Source: Octopus vulgaris (Eukaryota). From it: DNA of 64,000 bases. Location: the NCBI GenBank assembly GCA_951406725.2, contig OX597818.1, positions 13,392,001 to 13,456,000 of the forward strand, read 5' to 3'. A program made the position numbers and the translations under genes. Below, in pieces: positions 1-13,805 of the stretch. Positions within the stretch are counted from its first letter, which is position 1. Every line of letters starts with the position of its first letter. The notes below the pieces were generated by a model. The model was given only the letters and a program-made list of their open reading frames with translations. It did not search any database and was not told where the DNA came from.

Positions 1-689
1 AAAAATATATATACACACTTGCTCATGCACAAATATCCATGTATGTATATAAACATATCTAAATACATACATAAACTCCCACACACATATATATATATAT
101 CTATACATACAAATAAACATATAGACAAAGATAAATTTATAATGTAGCCGTATACTTCTACACATTACTAATTCATACTCCCACTCCCACACATACAATC
201 TCTCATTCATAAACAAATTCTCTCAGCATGATAATAACACAGAGGAAATATAACATTCAGTAGCCGCAGATACTCAACCACAAACTTATAGAAATATTTC
301 ATTCTTAGTAACATATTAAATACTATATACTATATATATGTAATAACCATATATAAATACGTAAACAAACACACTCACATATATATTCTATATACTATAT
401 GTATTTAATAAATGTAGGTTACGAGGATATAGGAATTTCGGCGGAAAACAATTGAGGGTTATTTTTGAGAAAGTTAAGATGAATGGAAGTTAAGGCGAGC
501 GGATGTGGACGCCGGTGCTTTTCTGTAATTCCACATCACACCCCCTCCTAAAACAATTTCACCCAAATATTTTATATATTGTGGAATCTACATAATATAA
601 CACATATTCGTACAAAATTTCATTAAAAATATCCATTTTGTGAAAGTTATGATCATCCAAAATTCTGAGGGATCAGAAATCTGTAGTAA

Positions 690-2649
690 TGCCATTAAGC
701 AAGTAACGAAAGACTTTGATTGTTATTCTGTTCCTAGTGTAGTTCTTAATTCTTTTTTAAGTAGAAAACGACCTTTCCAGAGAAACAGTTGTTGTAGCAG
801 GAACTGTCAAGATTAACTGCAACAACTTCACAGTTTCAGGCAACGTTTGGGTCAGTTTATTTTCAATATATAAAATCAAGCAAACTTTTAACGGATTTAT
901 TTCGAAACATTTGTGCATTGTAAATTCCAGCTAAATCCGCTGTCAGTCGTATCATGTCGAAAACGTTTCCATAGATCTTTTGTAAACGTTTAAATACATA
1001 CTTATCAACTTTGCAAGCAAGGTCTTGACATTTGTTTTCATGAACTAATGAAATGAAGTTTAAGTTTTTGAAATCAGCAAATCCCGCTTCGGTGTTTTTT
1101 CAGTATGTCATCCAAAATTACGCTAAATATTCTTCTTCTTACTTCTTTAACTGAACCGTTTCTATCAGAGTTTGATTTAGTTATTTTCTTTTCAACATTC
1201 TTCGAACTTCACATACAAATCCCCGAAACATTTGTCTAAATTCTCAATTAAATTTATTGTTCTATTAATCCTCTCAATGCTGTGTGAAATGTCTTTCATT
1301 TTGGTTTGTAGGACATTAAAAAGACTGTCAGTATTAATGAAATCTTCATTACAAACCACCAGAAAAAGTCTGTCGAATTTTTTGTTAGCTACTCATAAAA
1401 GCCATTGCTTCTCACTAAAGTATCTGAATCCCACAACATAGAATTATTGTTCATACTGTTGAAAAGTTTGCAAATGACACCATGTTATTGTAAAATAATC
1501 CGGATTAGTTTTAAATTCGAACTTCATCTCGATGCTGCTGCTTTTGGAATGCTTTATCTTACTATCTCATCAAGAGGTTGCTTTCGATTTGTAGAGTGAT
1601 GAAAAAATGAAGCAAGTGTTTCACTGTTCTTGAAAAAGCTTGTACACTCTGGTATGAAGTTTGCTGATTGAGCTAGAGCAAGATTTAACTTATGAGCATA
1701 GCAGCGAGTAAATAAAGCTGCTGGTGCCTTTTCTCTTACTTTAACTTGGATGCCATTTAAATTGGATGCCATCACTATTGCCCATGGTACGTTTGTGCTA
1801 CAGGTTTTTCACAACAGTCGTATTTATCCAAAATATTAAATATGCAATTTGTTACACCTCCAACAGTTCTGTCCTTAAGAATGTCAAATGATATACAGAC
1901 TTCTTTGATATCAGAGTCCAACACGTACGTCAATACTGTAGAACACCGAGCTGGACATGAAATATCTGTCGTTTCATCCAATTCTATGGTAATGTACGAG
2001 ACTTGTGCCACTTCTTTAATATTATTTTCTACAATCGTGCCAACCGTTTCTATCAAGTCATATTGTATCTTATTAGAAAGGCCAGAAATAAATCATGAAT
2101 TCTGTAAATGTGCCAATTTGTCATCAAAGTGTGCAGTATAGTTCAGTAACTCATCATAATTACTGTGATTTAATGATGATCTCTGTTCATTATCTCCGCG
2201 AAAATCAAGTTCCTGTTTAATCAAGAAACAAGTAGTACAAATCATTTTTAAAAAAATATATCACTATTCTCTTTATCCTTTGTATTGTGAAATTCAATGC
2301 TGACAGACTGCTTTTAATCTAAGAGCAAGTCGATTCGTATAGATCCAAATATGTTCAATGATATTTGACTTTCAAAATGTGCTGCTGATCGTTTGGTTTA
2401 CTTAAAGCATAGCGCAAATTATTTAAATCACAATATCCTTTTATCTACCACACTTTCACTAGATACGGAAAATAGCAGACATGCCAAACAACAGAGCCCT
2501 TTTGTTGTAGTACAGCCGAACAACCACTCTTTCTTGCTGTACCAAGCAGTTTGAAATGTTCTAATGATTTTTGTCCCTTTCTGTTGTTTTAGGTCCTTAA
2601 GTTCTGGTGTTAATCTACCAGAGAATGCATGTGATATCGTATGTAACAT
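690..2649 (-). mobile_element. hAT-superfamily (ZMYM1/Tip100-like) transposase relic, frameshifted
   Basis: Minus-strand fragments lie in the expected order: TTF-zinc-finger-like RTFQTAWYSKKEWL (2428-2649), LDETTDIS (1775-2056), APAALFTRCYAHKLNLAL (1554-1775), and a C-terminal dimerization motif LLQLILTVPATTTVSLERSFST*KRIK near 750-830. Confidence 0.85.
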
Positions 2650-2736
2650 GTGAAATAAAGGAGTAGGAATTAATGTTTGACATTCTTTGTCTCTCGTGTA
2701 TCATGTGTATGTGCCTGCATATGTATAACAAATTAC

Positions 2737-2780
<44 letters not shown>

Positions 2781-2921
2781 CTCTTTCCATTTACCTATCT
2801 CTCTCTCTCTATATATATATATTTTTTTTTTAATAAAATAAAATATATATATATAATATATATAATAACAAATATATATATATATATATACCGGTGTGTG
2901 TGATTGTGTATAGAAGAATAT

Positions 2922-3140
2922 ATTAATAAAAGGAATTGTCTGATTTTCACGTTTTGTTTACAATCTTATAATGATATAATATAAGATAATATAATATAAT
3001 AAAATAAAATAAAATAATAGAATGTTAAATGTTCATTCTGATTGAACTAGTACTTTTACGCATTAAATTCTGCAATCTTCAGGTTCATGTAGTAGTAGTG
3101 ACAGTCATGCTTCACAATTTTTGACAGTCAAAAATTGTGA
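2922..3140 (-). mobile_element. Solo copy of the Penelope-like 3' end/pseudo-LTR found at 23800-24010, with a degenerate HHR
   Basis: Reverse complement of about 23800-24010 at high identity. It ends in the perfect palindrome tcacaatttttgac-a-gtcaaaaattgtga (3112-3140). Confidence 0.85.
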
Positions 3141-3229
3141 TGCATACATTCCAGTTTGATTATTATTTCATGTCTTGAAGTTTGTGCGAATGACAGTATG
3201 TGCGCGTGTATATTTTTGTTTGTTACATT

Positions 3230-3803
3230 AATTGATACAGATATAGATAATGTTCTCTGAATTCCCTCGTCACTATTTTTACCGCTTTATGTGGAAATTT
3301 GCTAGTCCAATGTACATTCCAGCTGGAGAGGAAATCCATTCAGTAAATACATGTTCGTTATACTCTCGACTCCTGAACGTTTAAAGGATGCAAATTTAGT
3401 TCCTAGGTATTGTAAACATATAAAAGCAAAACGTGGAGTACGTACGGCAATGCATTATTTTAACGATCTAATAATTCTGCCAAATCGTCTTTTTTGCTGT
3501 GTGATAGATTAGGCGCAAGGACACACATGTTGTGATTTACTACGTTATTTTTATAATTGTATATTCATATGTGTACAAATATTTAGTCGAGTCATATAAG
3601 TTATAATATTTGGGCCAAAAATTTAACATCATAACGTATTGAACTATGAATATTTTCTTTGTATATTATGCTTTCTACTTAACGAAGTATTATCGATTCC
3701 TCCAGATATGTCTATATTTACATCTGAAATTATTGTTTATACATAGTCATATAAACGCATGCATACTATCGTACACACACACTCACACATACATATATGC
3801 CCT

Positions 3804-3889
<86 letters not shown>

Positions 3890-4817
3890 TATTCTAGTAA
3901 ACACATAAACTAGTAAATTGTAAGCGTATGCATGTATCAGTTTTATAAAACGTTTGTGTGCATAACATAATATCTTTTTCTGCATTACTTACACAATGAA
4001 GATACATTTATAATATATGGAGAACTTCAAAATTTCAAATATCTAATTTTTATATGTTACAGATACAAAATTATTTTTATCTGTGTGCATCCCTGCCAGA
4101 TGAAAGTCTAACAAAACTGAAAAAAGTGCATCATTCCCCTCTCATATGTAATTCATTAACAGTCCTCTTAAATTCTATCCAACATATCGTAACCATAGTA
4201 ACACATACAGTAACTGTATTTCATCAGAAAAGATGTATTATTTAATCGAACTTTGTTCATCTATATTTTTTCAGAATTCAGTGACAGTCTCCGAAAATAG
4301 ATCAATGAAATAATTTTGCATATATAATATATTCTGTTCTCACTATCTGAGATTCATTTCTTACATCTCTAATTCATTTTCTTAGATATTTGTTGTCTAT
4401 TTAGTCACTGATAATGGCAAATATGTACATATTTTTTTAATTGAAATGCCATCAGATATTTGTATATATCAGTTAATGATCGTGTTATGTAGGTACGAAA
4501 CATCCAATATTTTTTCAATTATGATATATCGTCTAACTTTCCATACAGCTATATAGTATTGTAGCATACTCTTCTTATTATCATCAGTTCTTCTTACCTA
4601 ACTAAACCTCTACCGATTCTTAGTTATTTACTTTAGCCTATGTTTATTAAGATCATATTATGGCCTCTTCACTTTGGCAAAATTAATTCAGATTTTACCG
4701 CTTAGATTAAATACGGAAATGTAAAAATGTGAATAGTTTCTTCAGTTTACATTCTGTTTGTTTTGCAAATGATATCATTTAAACTGAGGCAAAATCACGT
4801 AGGATTATTATTTCAAA

Positions 4818-4852
<35 letters not shown>

Positions 4853-6500
4853 ATAAACGCATACGTACAGAGACGCAGATGCTACGTATTTTTCATTATA
4901 TCTTAAGAGATCACCCTAGCTATTACAAACCATCTGGAATAACATTCTCCAAAACAACATTTATCTAATCCAACGCATGATGCCACATTCGTTTTTACAA
5001 ATAAATATAGTGCATACCCATTGAATTTACACTATATGTATTTCCTAACGGCACATCGATATTTGGGATTAAGAAAACATTGCTATTACAAATATCCTTC
5101 TGGTTTTAACCACATATTTCACTTAACATAACTCTCATAGGTTAAGATTTTGGCCTGTCTACATAACAGAGGGACGTGAAACTAACATTAATTTAATGAA
5201 AACTTATGTATGTGAGTTATGTGTATGGGCGTATACATGTATGAATGTATGAATGTATGTAATGATTCTTGGTATGAGCCGATGAGATATTAGTTGCTCT
5301 GATCACTGCCGATTTCTTCCTAGAATTCGGGGGAAAAGATAGACAGATATAGAGAGATAGAAAGGGAATGGATAGGAAGAGAAACAAGAGGTATTGAGTC
5401 TATTTTTAATTATATCTTTATTGATCAAACTTCAAAGACTGACCAGTGAAATTTATCTCAGCGAGATTCGATCTGAGAGCATAGAGCCCCGGACCGAATA
5501 CCGGAGCGCATGGCGTCCTGGGCCTAAGACAATGCTACACAATAAAGGTATTGAAAAGAGAAATGTGTTTAGAAATTGAGTGTATGTAAAAAGATGATAT
5601 TGGTTAATTGGTTAAACTGAATCTAACAATTGAAAATTCTTTTATGGAACACTGATGAAATACAGTGTTGATTTTATCGGTATTTTAATTCAGCGTATAA
5701 ATTAAATACAGCAAATTATTTTATTCACCATGTCAGTACCTCGACATGTTTTATGATTACAATTTTAATGATAATGGGGACAGATTATGGGTAAAGATAT
5801 AAACAAGTGGAAAGCACTTTTTTAAAAGCTTTAATTAAGATGTTTTCAATTTTTCAGAGGGCGACTTAATACATTAGATGTCTGATTTTGCAATAAAGAA
5901 ATATCAGACTTTGAAATGGCTTAGATTTCACGGTCAAAAAGTGTGTACGATTCGTTTTTAAAGTTAGAAAGAAAGATTGTTAGTAATACTTGTTTTTATG
6001 TTTGTTATTCAATGATATCAAGGTCTTTTGTTCTCTTTTTATGATTATGGAAATAAAGTCTTGAAAATTGCGCTCAATTGTTTGTCGTAAAGAAGCTACC
6101 AAACGTTTCAAGTACATTTCTATTTCCATATGAAACTTACTTGAATGAAATACACTCTAGTAATATTCAGTGAAATGAAATACAATCTAGAAATAACAGT
6201 TTCATTTTCAGTGTTTTATAAAAATTTGTTATACTGAAAATTACTCAGAAACGTCATACAACTTCTAAAGAACTGTATGTTAATAATTATGTGGTTAATC
6301 TACCTTAATGATGAGAACAATTATTGAATATTTTGAACCATATGATGTATTTCAACTAAAAAAAATCACACCACATGAACGTCCAAATTCTAAATCCAAA
6401 TCAAACAACTTATGAAAGGAATGAAATTATCACAATTGGAGAGGCGGATAATGCGAATATTATAGCCTTTATCGACACTAAATACTTCGAAAATATCACG
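3230..6500 (-). pseudogene. Fragments of 2-3 highly decayed class A (Srw/peptide-receptor-like) GPCR genes
   Basis: TM1/TM2-like MFTIPRN*ICIL then RSGVESITNMYL (~3340-3420). TM7-like LDVSYLHNTIIN*YI then YLMAFQLK (~4435-4505). Post-TM5-like LKRLVASLRQ (~6080-6110). Many stops and frameshifts. Confidence 0.3.
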
Positions 6501-6599
6501 TTATTACTACTAGTAGGTTTTAATTACCAAACAATAATAAGTTTATGATAGGTTTAAAGAAATTTTATCTATCTACCTTTTATCTAATTTACAACGTAA

Positions 6600-7467
6600 A
6601 TGTTTAACAAACAAGGAATGCGACTACTAAATGAACTACAAAGCTAGCAATTTATACGAACTTCCAACACCTTAAAGTGTAAAACGGTTTTCTGCACTTA
6701 CAAAGAATCAACTTCAAAATATAAAAGAGCATACAACATTCCAACAATCTTAAAATGACATCAGTTGGAGTGGAGCCAAACAGTGAAACCGAAAACCAGT
6801 CAATATTGTAGACACTGCTGAAACACATTATGAAACATATACTGAGATTTCTCAAATATGAAAATTAATGTGTTAAACGACTGCCCGAAGAAGCTTACGA
6901 AAACAATATACGGTGCATTAAACACGTTTATTCATATCCCCACAGAAACCTGAATTGAATATTTCCCAATTCTTTTTACCGTGTTCATTATTTCAAAACG
7001 CAAATCGATAACATAAATTCCTTATAGCGTTCCTGATAGTGTACCGCCAAAGTGATTTAACTTACCTCAATATTTTCGTCATGAAAAAGACAGAAACTTC
7101 AAAACACACATCCTCTGTAAAACAAGACAATCTAAGCAATGCTCATTTTAAAAATTCTTAGCAGTTGTCACAGAAGAAAATAAATATAATCGAGCATTAA
7201 TAACGTGCTCAATCATTTCTAATTTTGAAAATTAAAATACACAAACTCCACAACGTAAAATTTATACTACTAGATAAAGAATACCCAACAAACGTATTCG
7301 ACAATAAAATAGAATGGAACAAAGCAAAAGCCATTCAAATTATATTGGAGACCAAAATGCATGAGAGTCTACAAAACTCATGAATTCCAGAAACACATAG
7401 TATTATCCGTATAGAAAAACAATCAAGTATTGCACCATAAACCACGATTGACGAAAATGATGAGACA
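6600..7467 (+). mobile_element. Very decayed Penelope-like RT/thumb fragment
   Basis: LTYLNIFVMKK and ILLDKEYPTNVFDNKI resemble LPFLDIMVIKK and FLLKQKYPSLLIENGI of the PLE at 22.5 kb. Confidence 0.45.
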
Positions 7468-7951
7468 CAGTAATCACTTGCCATATCACCGTTCACCTAT
7501 CGCGCCCTAAGTACATCGCGGATTTTTCTGGCTAATATATGTAAATTTATATCGCTGACTTCTCAGTATATCGCGGGCTACGGCCGATAGTTATTTTAAG
7601 ATTTTAACTATCTCTGTGATAAAAGAGGCAGTTTCACGCCTAAAAATTAATAAACAAATAAATAAAAATGCAGTAAAGTCCTGCAGCGTATGACGCATTA
7701 ATTAAAACATATTAAAAGAAAATACTTAGGTTACCGCAGATGAGTAAACAAAGAATCGCACATACTGTACGGGAAACGAAACTTAGAGGGCAAGTGTGTG
7801 GTGTTGTTTTGCATTTATAATAAAATAAATATTTACAAATTATAAAAATAATTTTTACAAATATACACTACAGTACTGTTTCTACTTCGCAGGTTTCACC
7901 TGTCGAGGGAGGTTTTGGAACGTAACACCTGCGGTATTCGAGGGACTACTG
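7468..7951. mobile_element. Non-autonomous Tigger/pogo-like DNA transposon (MITE)
   Basis: Imperfect TIRs: cagtaatcacttg at the left and cgagggactactg at the right, followed by TA. No ORF. Confidence 0.7.
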
Positions 7952-8419
7952 TACACAGAATAATGAAAAGTAAAATACCATCCACATATTCATTTTTTTT
8001 AACAATCCCATATTAGCAGATTTCTTTCTCCAAACAGAACACAATAGGTAAAATTGGGGATCAACCTAACTACGGCGGAAATTGCATTAAACTTGTCGCA
8101 GAAGCATCATAGGAATTTAAACCAGAACATCTTTTCACTGCACAAATTAGCAAATGTTAGTAATAAAATGTTATTGCTATTAAGTATCATGGTTTTAAAG
8201 ATGATTACATAGGACAAATAAAATTGAGAGCTAGACTGAACAATGATAGGAAAGAAATGCGAGATGATGCGCAGATACGGTGAAGGGAAAATTTAAACGT
8301 AAAAATCAACAGAGAAATCTTCACACTTTAGTTTTCTACTGATAAATTCGCACTTGAAATCGAGAAAATAATGAAAATACGTTTGTCGAACATAAGAGTA
8401 TAACAGAATGAGAGAACTG

Positions 8420-9621
8420 CAATGTTTATAAGCTGACTACGAAAGAGTGATGCTGAAGCTGTGAAATCTTGCATGCATTGATCTTACCTGACCATATTAA
8501 TAACTGCATTGTGTCTTTCCAGGTAAACTGACATCACTGTTCGAAGAAGACTTCAAATGTAACTGGTAGCGAATTATCTTGAAAAATGGACAAGATTTGG
8601 CATTGTGGTGTTATCAAGAACCTGAAAAAAGAAATGCATTAGCTACCAACGACATTCATGCTGACAAGAAGGCATGACGCTCCAGCTTTATCAACAACGT
8701 AAAAGAAGGAAGGTGAATTTGGGAGGAGAAACGAGAATCTTCAAAGTCACCCAAGAACACAAAGTCCTGCAACTGCCTCCACCGAGGAAAATATTGATCA
8801 TTCTCACAACATATTAATGAATGACAGAAGTTTGGCTACAATCACAATGCCAATTCTAGTAGCACATTCCGTGAGGAAGTTGAGAATATTTTACACAGTG
8901 AACGAGGTATGATTAAAGTTTATGCGCGGCGGGTGCATCATGACAAGTGCACTAAGCTGATCATATCACGGCAAATTCTGACATTGTTTGAAGCAGATCC
9001 ATTCGGTGTCTCTAAATATTTCCTAATCCAGGATAAGTGTTGGGTTTATCACTTGCAGTCAGAGACAAAGAAATAATTCATGTAGTGGACACACCATTCT
9101 TCACCTACCAAGTTCGTAGCATCTGCAGAGAATGTGATGGTTTAATATTTTTGCATCATAGATGTAGAGTAATATGTCTAATATTCGAGACGGTTACGAA
9201 AGAGTTATCAAGGGCAAAGGCGCCGGATAACAGACGAAAGTGTGCCTTGTATCATTAAGGCAATGATCGACCACACAACTCCTTGCTTTCAATGGCTGTG
9301 TGTGTGAATGCGGATCTGAGCTGGTTGATCATACTCCATATCTTCCTGATGTGGCCTCATTCCACTATTATCTGTTTCCCACCATGTAAAAGTAATTGGC
9401 TGGAACCAGTGATCACGTTATATCTGGGAACCAGAAGATACCGAAATATCAGCTGTTGATGAAAGCTTCTAATAGAATGAATGAATATTCACCAATGACA
9501 TTCAAGCACTGCACCATTGATGAAGATGTCCACGAAACTCCACTGGGGCTGCGTTGAAATATAAACCTCACTTGGTCATATTCCATGAAAGTATGCCTAC
9601 GAAATTTTCAGCCGACCCTCG
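8420..9621 (+). mobile_element. Degenerate mariner element
   Basis: ATG at 8586 gives MDKIWHCGVIK. HTPYLPDVASFHYYLFP matches the YSPDLAP motif. The right TIR ends ...gccgaccctcg followed by TA. The left end is uncertain. Confidence 0.8.
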
Positions 9622-9984
9622 TAAGCTCTAACAACATATCGAAGATAGACATTGTAATACGGTAGTTTGCATTCTAAAACACCGATATGGAGCCAAATAG
9701 TGTAATTCACATGCACAGATGCAGTCTGTTAATCTATGTTTAGCGAGACATAGGACCTATTAGTTGAACAAGAATTTCACGTGTTATCCATAATGGTACA
9801 TTATATATTTACAGATATAAAATTTATCTACCTGAAGCAGAAGTCGGAAAAATATGTTACAGTTCCAAAGCTTTCCACCTCACTGCAGTGTTATGAACCT
9901 TTCACGTTAGAAGTCTGTAGGGAAAAAATCTATATAAACCATATATCTAAAATTCCAGTAGAGTTACGATCAGTCATATATAAT

Positions 9985-10410
9985 CTTTTATTCTTTTAAT
10001 CCTTTCTGCATTTCAGCCATGCGGCGGCGGTCATGCTGGAGCACACCGTGGTCTTTTTGATTACCTCACATCACCACTCTTGTATGTTCCTTTGTCCCAG
10101 CTGTTGGCTTAATTGGTGTATAAGCGAGTTTCATTCTGCTGCCACCATCTGTATTTCCGCTGCCCTCATCGTGTCGTAGCTGTTGGTTCATCCGGTATTT
10201 TAAGTAGGAAGATCTCTAGTACATTTTTGAAGACACCTACTTCCACCTTATTCACATTTCTTTTTATTTTTTGTGGCAGGGCATTGAAATGATGAGGGCC
10301 TTTGAACCCTAGACTATTCCAGTACATGGTGCTTAATATAGATGGAGTGGATGTACCTTTGATACGTTTGGTACAAAGCAATGGCGGACAGTTCTGGTAT
10401 TTTGTTTAAC
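9985..10410 (-). mobile_element. 3' end of a CR1-like LINE
   Basis: ORF 10166-10381 (NSLGFKGPHHFNALP...FKNVLEIFLLKIPDEP) is typical of CR1-group ORF2 C-termini. It is followed by a 3' UTR ending gtgctccagcatgacc...ctgaaa...taaaagaataaaaga. Confidence 0.7.
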
Positions 10411-10461
<51 letters not shown>

Positions 10462-10466
<5 letters not shown>

Positions 10467-11073
10467 AATAAGCAACAAGGATACCAAGGTAGTGTAGTAA
10501 AATCGTTTCATGCTACTTCATTTTATTAAACAATATAAGTATGACATCAGTTTTAAAATGTAGAGTATTCTTCAGCCACATATAGAATTTTTCTAATTAA
10601 ATAGACAATGCACATTTTTATAATTATTTCATTCGCCAACATTACAAAGAGGGTAGATATATACACAGAGACGTTAATTTCATCATGACGAACATGGTAG
10701 TAGAAAGTCCTTCATCTGTAGATTTTGTATCACTGAGTTCACTTTGTTATTTAGTTTTGGTTCAATGGAGACAAACAAGATTTTTTCTATTTATAGATAA
10801 AGGAAGGGGTAGTACAAATGTCAAAGCCATAAATCCATCCCCATTAACTTAGGCATCTTTGAATGTATTTTAGCTAAAGTTAGTAGGCTGAAGCTAGTGG
10901 GGTAGGGAGAATAGAGACTACTAATACTCTAGAGATTTCTAATGTCCTTTACCATTTAACAGCCATAATTTTGCTTCTGAATATTAAATAGATATCCTTT
11001 AGATAGTTTTACCAAAGGATTCCAATAAATTTTAGTATCTGATATAAGGATAAAACATATAGAAATCATTTCA

Positions 11074-11104
<31 letters not shown>

Positions 11105-12117
11105 CAATTTCTATTAATATAGATTCATAGTTAGTTAGTAAATAGTGATTTATTCTATTAATGAGTTAAATTAAAAGAATATGCTTAACATAATATCTAT
11201 CAACTGTAAAAGAACCTTATCAATCAGCACATACATCAAGAGTCTATAAGATATATTATAATGTAATGGAAGGGAGGTAATCAGGATGAACTAAATAATT
11301 CCACTAGATAAATAGAAGTTATGCAGTCTTATATAGGAAGTATCAAAAGATTCTAATTTCATTTTATTCGAATTTATCTTTATTATAAAGTTTCTTAATA
11401 ATCTATGCAGGGTAAATAAAAGCTAGTATGGTATATTATTTCCTTATTTGGTTACAAAATATTAAGATTTGAAAATTTAGGAATGGTCAGAATGCTATTA
11501 TTTAAAATACTTAAAAGTACGCGTGGCACAATGTATGCAGGATACTCATAGCTCAGAACGGTTATTCAATAAGTTTGTATTATTCCTATGTTTCAAAATT
11601 TCATATGTCTCTATAGAACAAATTTCACTACCATCCCTACTATTTTTATAAGGTTGTGCCTTTCTTATCATATCCCATTTTAGGTTAAATTCGATATTTT
11701 TTCTTTCAATTCCCAAATTTTACTGGACAGCGTTGTGCAACCCGCCTTATGTTTAAGCCTAAAACTAGAGAAATGATTGTTCAAACGTTTCTACAGGTCT
11801 ATCGAACATCCGAAATAAAAATAGCTATTATTTGAAATCATTGTATATTTATAAATTACGTTTTGAATCAGACACCGACCCGTTACCGGACGTCTTGATC
11901 TAATTCTACAATTACAACTGGGGGGGGGGGTGATTCCTAATATTAGTATTATTCAGGAACAAGCTGTATTCATTTTCATTATTAGAGCTATTACTAGCAT
12001 TAGTGTTATTTATTTAATCTATAATTATATTGCTATGAAAGTTAGGGTTGTTTGTTACTAATCTTTTCCTTATTTCCTCACTTTCAACATTTTTATTATT
12101 ATCATTTATATTATTGA

Positions 12118-12190
<73 letters not shown>

Positions 12191-13765
12191 GTTGTTGTTG
12201 TTGTTGCTGTTGTTGTTGCTATTTATAGCATTTTTTGCTAACTTAATATTTTTTCTATTTAGTCTAGCTATTATGGTACCCATATTTGGAAGAGTACGGT
12301 ATGATATTCTCACTCATTTACTAGAAATTATTTTATAATATTTATAGGAAGCAGGGAAGTTTATTTCCAGTATGGACATAAATTTGCTATATATGTTAGT
12401 AGAAATTGTTAGTAGGAATATTTAGCCATACAACACTTTTTCTTTTGAATTTTTTATTTGAGGAAGGGTGGGAAAGTTTAAAGTTATCTATATCCTTTAG
12501 AGATTTGTTATTATCTTTAATCTTTATATCTATTAGGTTTTTTATAAGTGGGAGAGATTTTTATATTATTATTTGTATTTATTTGATCTAGCCTAACCTT
12601 TTTATTCTTATTTATGTCCTGTTTACCATTTCCATTTACTGTATACTAGGCTATCTGTTTTGGTTGATTTATATTTTTTAAAGTTGAAGATTCTATATAA
12701 TTTGAGCTATTTTCATTCAGTTTTTCATTAGAAAGATTTATATTATCAAGATCTAGGAAGGTGATTTCCTGGTCATATCCTGCTCTAGACAAGGCAACAT
12801 TGTAATGATGTGAGAGAGTATTAAACAATTCATTGTTAGATGATAATTTTGAAATTCTTCTTGAAATACTTTTCATTATCGATTTCAGTATATTAGGGGA
12901 GTGATTTGATAATTTATTTAAGTATCTAGTAACTTCACCATATTTACTATATGGGTAATGTAATTTTGAGATTAAATCCAAAGTTAACGATGTTAGTGTT
13001 ATATTCATAAGTGATACCTAAGTTGAAATCCTTGAAAAATCTACTAATTTTCTTCCTTACTCTCTCAATTATCGATTTATTATTTCTGGGGACGATAAAT
13101 AATGCATCATCCCTATATAAACCCCCTTGTAATTCGGGGATCTCTCTACTTATGCATTTTAATAAATAAGTTCCTACTAAATTACTTACCTCTGCCGAAT
13201 CACTAGAGCCCATGGGTATAGTAAAATTATTTGGGGTATCAGCTCTTGTCCACAATTTTCTCTCAAATTCAATGATAGTTTTTCTAGCTAGTAAAATATC
13301 AATTTCGTCCCTAGTTATGAGAGAAAGGTTTTTCGCGAAAATGAGTGATTTATTTAGGAGAATAGGTGATATACTAGAATAATAATTATTAATATCAAAT
13401 TGGATGAAGGAATATCTGCTATTATTATTTAAAGATTTAAACCAATTGATTACCTCATCAGTGTTCATCCATAATTTCAAGGAAAGGTTATGGATTATAT
13501 GGGGAAGAATATTTTCCAAATTGGATTTACTAAGTTGGCTAATATCTGACTTAGTTGGGCATATAATTATTACAGAAGGGCCCTCAAATAATTTTTTCTT
13601 GTGGTCTTTAATTTTAATTTTAGATTCACACACACGGTGTTAAAGGTTCTGTCCTGTCGACTAAATTGTATTTCATCATAAGCTTTTTTCATTTCTAAAG
13701 TTATATCCCTCAGGTTCTTCTTTGTAGTTATTTTATATCTCAAGTTCAATTCTTTTCTAATAAGT

Positions 13766-13770
<5 letters not shown>
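10462..13770 (-). mobile_element. Penelope-like retroelement with RT and C-terminal GIY-YIG (Hydra-clade-like), disrupted
   Basis: RT motifs QFDINNYYSSI, PMGSSDSAEV and GLYRDDAL (12947-13633). Thumb YLNKLSNH...SISRRISKLSSN (12646-13008). CNCRIRSRRPVTGRCLIQNVIY then a GIY-YIG-like region ending LNNRSEL (~11540-11920). Flanked by (TA)n on both sides. Confidence 0.9.
12119..12220. repeat. (TAT)n/(TGT)n triplet microsatellite encoding poly-Asn in the PLE linker
   Basis: Seen directly; in frame in ORF 12014-12313. Confidence 0.95.

Positions 13771-13805
<35 letters not shown>

Noticed and set aside
3283-3372. Apparent 90-nt minus-strand exon (AG...GT, SREYNEHVFTEWISSPAGMYIGLANFHIK)
   Set aside because: No partner exons or recognisable product. 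Another frame (SITNMYL) fits the decayed GPCR pattern better.
4535-4590. Minus-strand CTGATGA...GAAA
   Set aside because: No U at 16.1 and no helix I; treated as chance.
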